Positions 61,158 through 63,179 of a stretch of 63,179 bases of DNA are shown in pieces. Source of the DNA: Asaia bogorensis (GTDB lineage: Bacteria; Pseudomonadota; Alphaproteobacteria; CACIAM-22H2); the NCBI GenBank assembly GCA_945892765.1, contig CAMDDQ010000003.1:1-63179 (forward strand). Reading direction: 5' to 3'. The translations under genes and the position numbers were made by a program. A model generated the notes under the pieces. The model did no database searches, was not told the origin of the DNA, and was given only the letters and a program-made list of their open reading frames with translations. The stretch's first letter is position 1. Each line of letters opens with the position of its first letter.

Positions 61158-61182
61158 CCTAGTGTCCACGAAACCGGCAGCA
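61153..61182. repeat. IS right terminal inverted repeat
   Basis: Reverse complement TGCTGCCGGTTTCGTGGACACTAGGTTAAG pairs with the left IR. Followed by the GGCC direct repeat at 61183-61186. Confidence 0.85.
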
Positions 61183-61518
61183 GGCCACATCGACCTCAGC
61201 AGCGATTCAGGCAGCAAGGGCACCGGAACCGTCACGCGAAGCGAAGCGCTGACGTTGCGCGTTGCCGCAATCATCACGCAGGTGCTTCCGAACGGCAATT
61301 TGGTCCTCCAGGGACACCAGGAAGTGCGCGTAAATTTCGAAGCGCGCGTGCTGGAACTCAACGGTGTCGTGCGACCGCAGGATATCGCGGCCGCCAACAC
61401 CATTACCTACGACAAGATCGCCGAGGCCCGCATCGGTTATGGCGGCCGCGGACAGCTCACCGACGTCCAGCAGCCGCGTTATGGCCAGCAGGTCCTCGAT
61501 ATTCTCTTCCCGTTCTGA
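61183..61518 (+). pseudogene. flgH: flagellar L-ring protein FlgH, 3' fragment
   Basis: GHIDLSSDSGSKGTGTVTRSEALTLRVAAIITQVLPNGNLVLQGHQEVRVNFEARVLELNGVVRPQDI..IAEARIGYGGRGQL..ILFPF is the conserved FlgH C-terminal core. Confidence 0.85.
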
Positions 61519-61551
61519 CCTGAAGGCTGGGCGGTAGCCGAATACGCGACC

Positions 61552-61573
61552 GCCCGCCGCGCCCAGGGCGGGC
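61552..61573. terminator. hairpin between convergent flgH and dksA
   Basis: GCCCGCC-gcgcccag-GGCGGGC, a 7-bp GC stem with a weak or absent T-tract. Confidence 0.4.
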
Positions 61574-61581
61574 TTCTCGAG

Positions 61582-62001
61582 TTAGTCGTCCCGGTTGGTG
61601 CGTTCGAGGCGTTCGTGCCGTTCCTGAGCCTCGATTGTCATCGTGGCGATCGGGCGGGCCTCGAGGCGGCGCACGTTAATCGGCTCGTCGGTGATCTCGC
61701 AATAGCCATAAGTGCCGTCTTCGATGCGGCGAAGAGCGGAGTCGATCTTGGCGATTAGTTTGCGTTCACGATCCCGAGCGCGGAGTTCGAGGGCCCGGTC
61801 GGTCTCCGCCGAGGCACGGTCGGCAAGATCAGGCGCCGCCACGGTGTCTTCCTGCAGGTGTTGCAAGGTCTCGGTTGAATCGCGCAGCAATTCGGCCCGC
61901 CAGCGCACAAGCTTCTGGCGGAAGTATTCGAGCATCGTCGGATTCATAAACGGCTCGTTGTCGGACGGCCGGTAATTTGGATTGAGAGTTGGCGCCGTCA
62001 T
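61582..62001 (-). CDS. dksA: RNA polymerase-binding transcription factor DksA (zinc-finger cysteines largely absent)
   Basis: Coiled-coil with the acidic tip DRASAETD, and C-terminal GTYGYCEITDEPINVRRLEARP. Only one of the four canonical Cys residues is retained. ATG at 62001. Confidence 0.85.
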   Translation of the reverse strand: MTAPTLNPNYRPSDNEPFMNPTMLEYFRQKLVRWRAELLRDSTETLQHLQEDTVAAPDLADRASAETDRALELRARDRERKLIAKIDSALRRIEDGTYGYCEITDEPINVRRLEARPIATMTIEAQERHERLERTNRDD

Positions 62002-62121
62002 CAACAACCTAGTCTGCTGCTTGGCTTGCGGCGCGCGGAGTATATGAACCGGCTCGGGGTCCATCAAGGCCGTCCGGGATACGGAGCAATCGGTCGCTGC
62101 ACCGGACCGAGCCTTGGAGGA

Positions 62122-62541
62122 CTAGACGTCGCGGTCGAGCTTGGCGAGTTCGACCTGGGCGCGCAAATCAATTTCGTCGAGGATTTCGGCCAAGCGCGGA
62201 TCCGATACGCCAGCTTTTTGGGTGCAAATCACGGTGACGAGTTTGTCGAGACCGGCTGCGGGAATGTCGCCGGCCAGCAACCCCTGCCAAATTTCGTCCA
62301 GCCGATCGAGAATCTCCTCGGCACGGCGGCGGCCCTTGGATTGGGGCGAATCTTCTTCGATACCTTGCAAGGCAACAAGTGCCTCGAGGCCGGATAACGG
62401 CACAGCGGAATTAACGCCAGCGGCGTTGCTCGGACCTTCGAGATGACGGGCGAAGTCGCCGCCCTTGGCCCCGCCGGATTTCTCGGTGCGGCGGGCCGCG
62501 GAGGAGCGGACTGGCGCTTTGGGATCAATCTTCATAGCCAT
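62122..62541 (-). CDS. fliX: flagellar assembly regulator FliX
   Basis: 139 aa. MKIDPK..., a basic/Gly-rich N-terminus and a C-terminal DPRLAEILDEIDLRAQVELAKL. Divergent from flgI, the arrangement known from Caulobacter-type clusters. Confidence 0.75.
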   Translation of the reverse strand: MAMKIDPKAPVRSSAARRTEKSGGAKGGDFARHLEGPSNAAGVNSAVPLSGLEALVALQGIEEDSPQSKGRRRAEEILDRLDEIWQGLLAGDIPAAGLDKLVTVICTQKAGVSDPRLAEILDEIDLRAQVELAKLDRDV

Positions 62542-62823
62542 GGGTTCGACGTCATCCTACCATAAGCTTGGATGCGGCTGCTTTGTTGACCATAGGGCAG
62601 ATGACGCAATCCCGTCACTGGGCAGTATTTGCCGCCGGCTCGGCAAGGTCGGTTCGGACCATTGGCGATTTCAGCGCCGACGGCGCCGGTCCCCAAAAAA
62701 TATTGTTTAATATCAATGTGCTATTGGACTTTCACAGGTGGCATGGCTCTCTCATATCTGGGAACGCACGCTGACCATTTCGGCAGGACGCCGCAACCGC
62801 TACCCGATCGAGGAACGAAGGTC

Positions 62824-63018
62824 ATGGTCCAACCCTGGAAAAACAAAAGGATGTTCGCCGCAGCGGTAGTTGGGCTCACGGCGATCTTCGGGACTTGCGC
62901 CGCGTCGGCCGCTTCGCGAATCAAGGACATCGCGGATTTTCAGGGCGTCCGCACGAATCAACTCATCGGTTACGGTCTGGTCGTCGGTCTGAACGGTGTC
63001 CGTCGTCAATGGATTTGA
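62824..63018 (+). pseudogene. flgI: flagellar P-ring protein FlgI, N-terminal ~58-codon fragment
   Basis: Signal peptide, then [28 protein letters not shown], the conserved FlgI N-terminus. The expected TGD... is replaced by VRRQWI* from about 62997. Confidence 0.8.
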
Positions 63019-63071
63019 GACAACGGGCGCGCTGAGTTAACGGAGGCTGCGGCTCATCTGGTGGGTTGATC

Positions 63072-63179
63072 TTATGCCGCTTGATCGCGATGGATCAAGC
63101 GGCGCTGCTGGATGGTCTGTCGTTTGATTCGGTTGCGTTCGAGCAGGATGGTTTGGGCCCTGCCGAGATAGACGTCGGC
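63072..63179 (-). other. 3' end of an unidentified ORF entering from beyond the right window edge
   Basis: Open frame ..ADVYLGRAQTILLERNRIKRQTIQQRRLIHRDQAA* ending at TAA 63074-63072. The opposite strand is also open (MDQAALLDGLSFDS..), so both strand and identity are unresolved. Confidence 0.25.

Larger units (their letters stand above)
59948..61182 (+). mobile_element. IS3-family insertion sequence (IS407-group-like), 1,235 bp, inserted in flgH
   Basis: 5'-TG...CA-3' termini, about 21/30-bp imperfect terminal inverted repeats, flanking 4-bp direct repeat GGCC, and orfA plus orfB in the -1 frame with an A7G slippery site. Confidence 0.9.

Noticed and set aside
62610-62630. Sigma-54-like element CTGGGCAGTATTTGCC in the fliX-flgI divergent region (and TGGCATGGCTCTCTC at about 62,738).
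   Set aside because: The GG-to-GC spacing is 8-9 nt rather than the invariant 10 in the first case. The second lacks the -12 GC. I also found no convincing CtrA TTAA-N7-TTAA box.

Overview
High-GC (roughly 63-65%) chromosomal segment with alphaproteobacterial gene content and order: alaS-recA, rpoZ-spoT, lepB-rnc-era-recO-parC, psd-pssA, fliX/flgI, and a CckA-like kinase. Most of the window is densely packed core housekeeping genes covering replication and repair (dnaB, radA, recO, recA, parC), translation and RNA (alaS, der, era, rnc, rlmE, smpB, tRNA-Gln), envelope functions (bamB, slt, lepB, psd/pssA, mla-like ABC) and metabolism (purF, alr, dapA, pdxJ, icd). I found no rRNA genes, CRISPR arrays, prophage or recognisable defence island. 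The main result is a set of inactivating lesions readable directly from the sequence, concentrated in motility genes. (1) A motA'-'motB in-frame deletion fusion lies at about 20.4-20.9 kb. (2) A CckA-like hybrid kinase and flgA are each cut at their 5' ends and abut head-to-head near 58.59 kb; the kinase also carries a 1-nt frameshift. (3) flgH is split by an intact 1,235-bp IS3-family (IS407-like) element with a 4-bp GGCC target duplication. (4) flgI loses homology after about 58 codons at about 62,997. Outside the motility genes, one of three class II cytochrome c paralogues carries an in-frame TAG and a CxxCH-to-CxxCR change, and the cfa-type gene at the left edge needs a frameshift. fliX and dksA inside the flagellar cluster look intact. 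Read together, this suggests recent loss of motility or early genome erosion. Assembly artefacts cannot be excluded without read data. Lower-priority observations are gene pairings coupled by overlapping stop/start codons: NYN-UDG, aldehyde dehydrogenase-Ntn acylase, and secreted ankyrin protein-MBL hydrolase. There is also a pair of SOS-box-like repeats upstream of recA.
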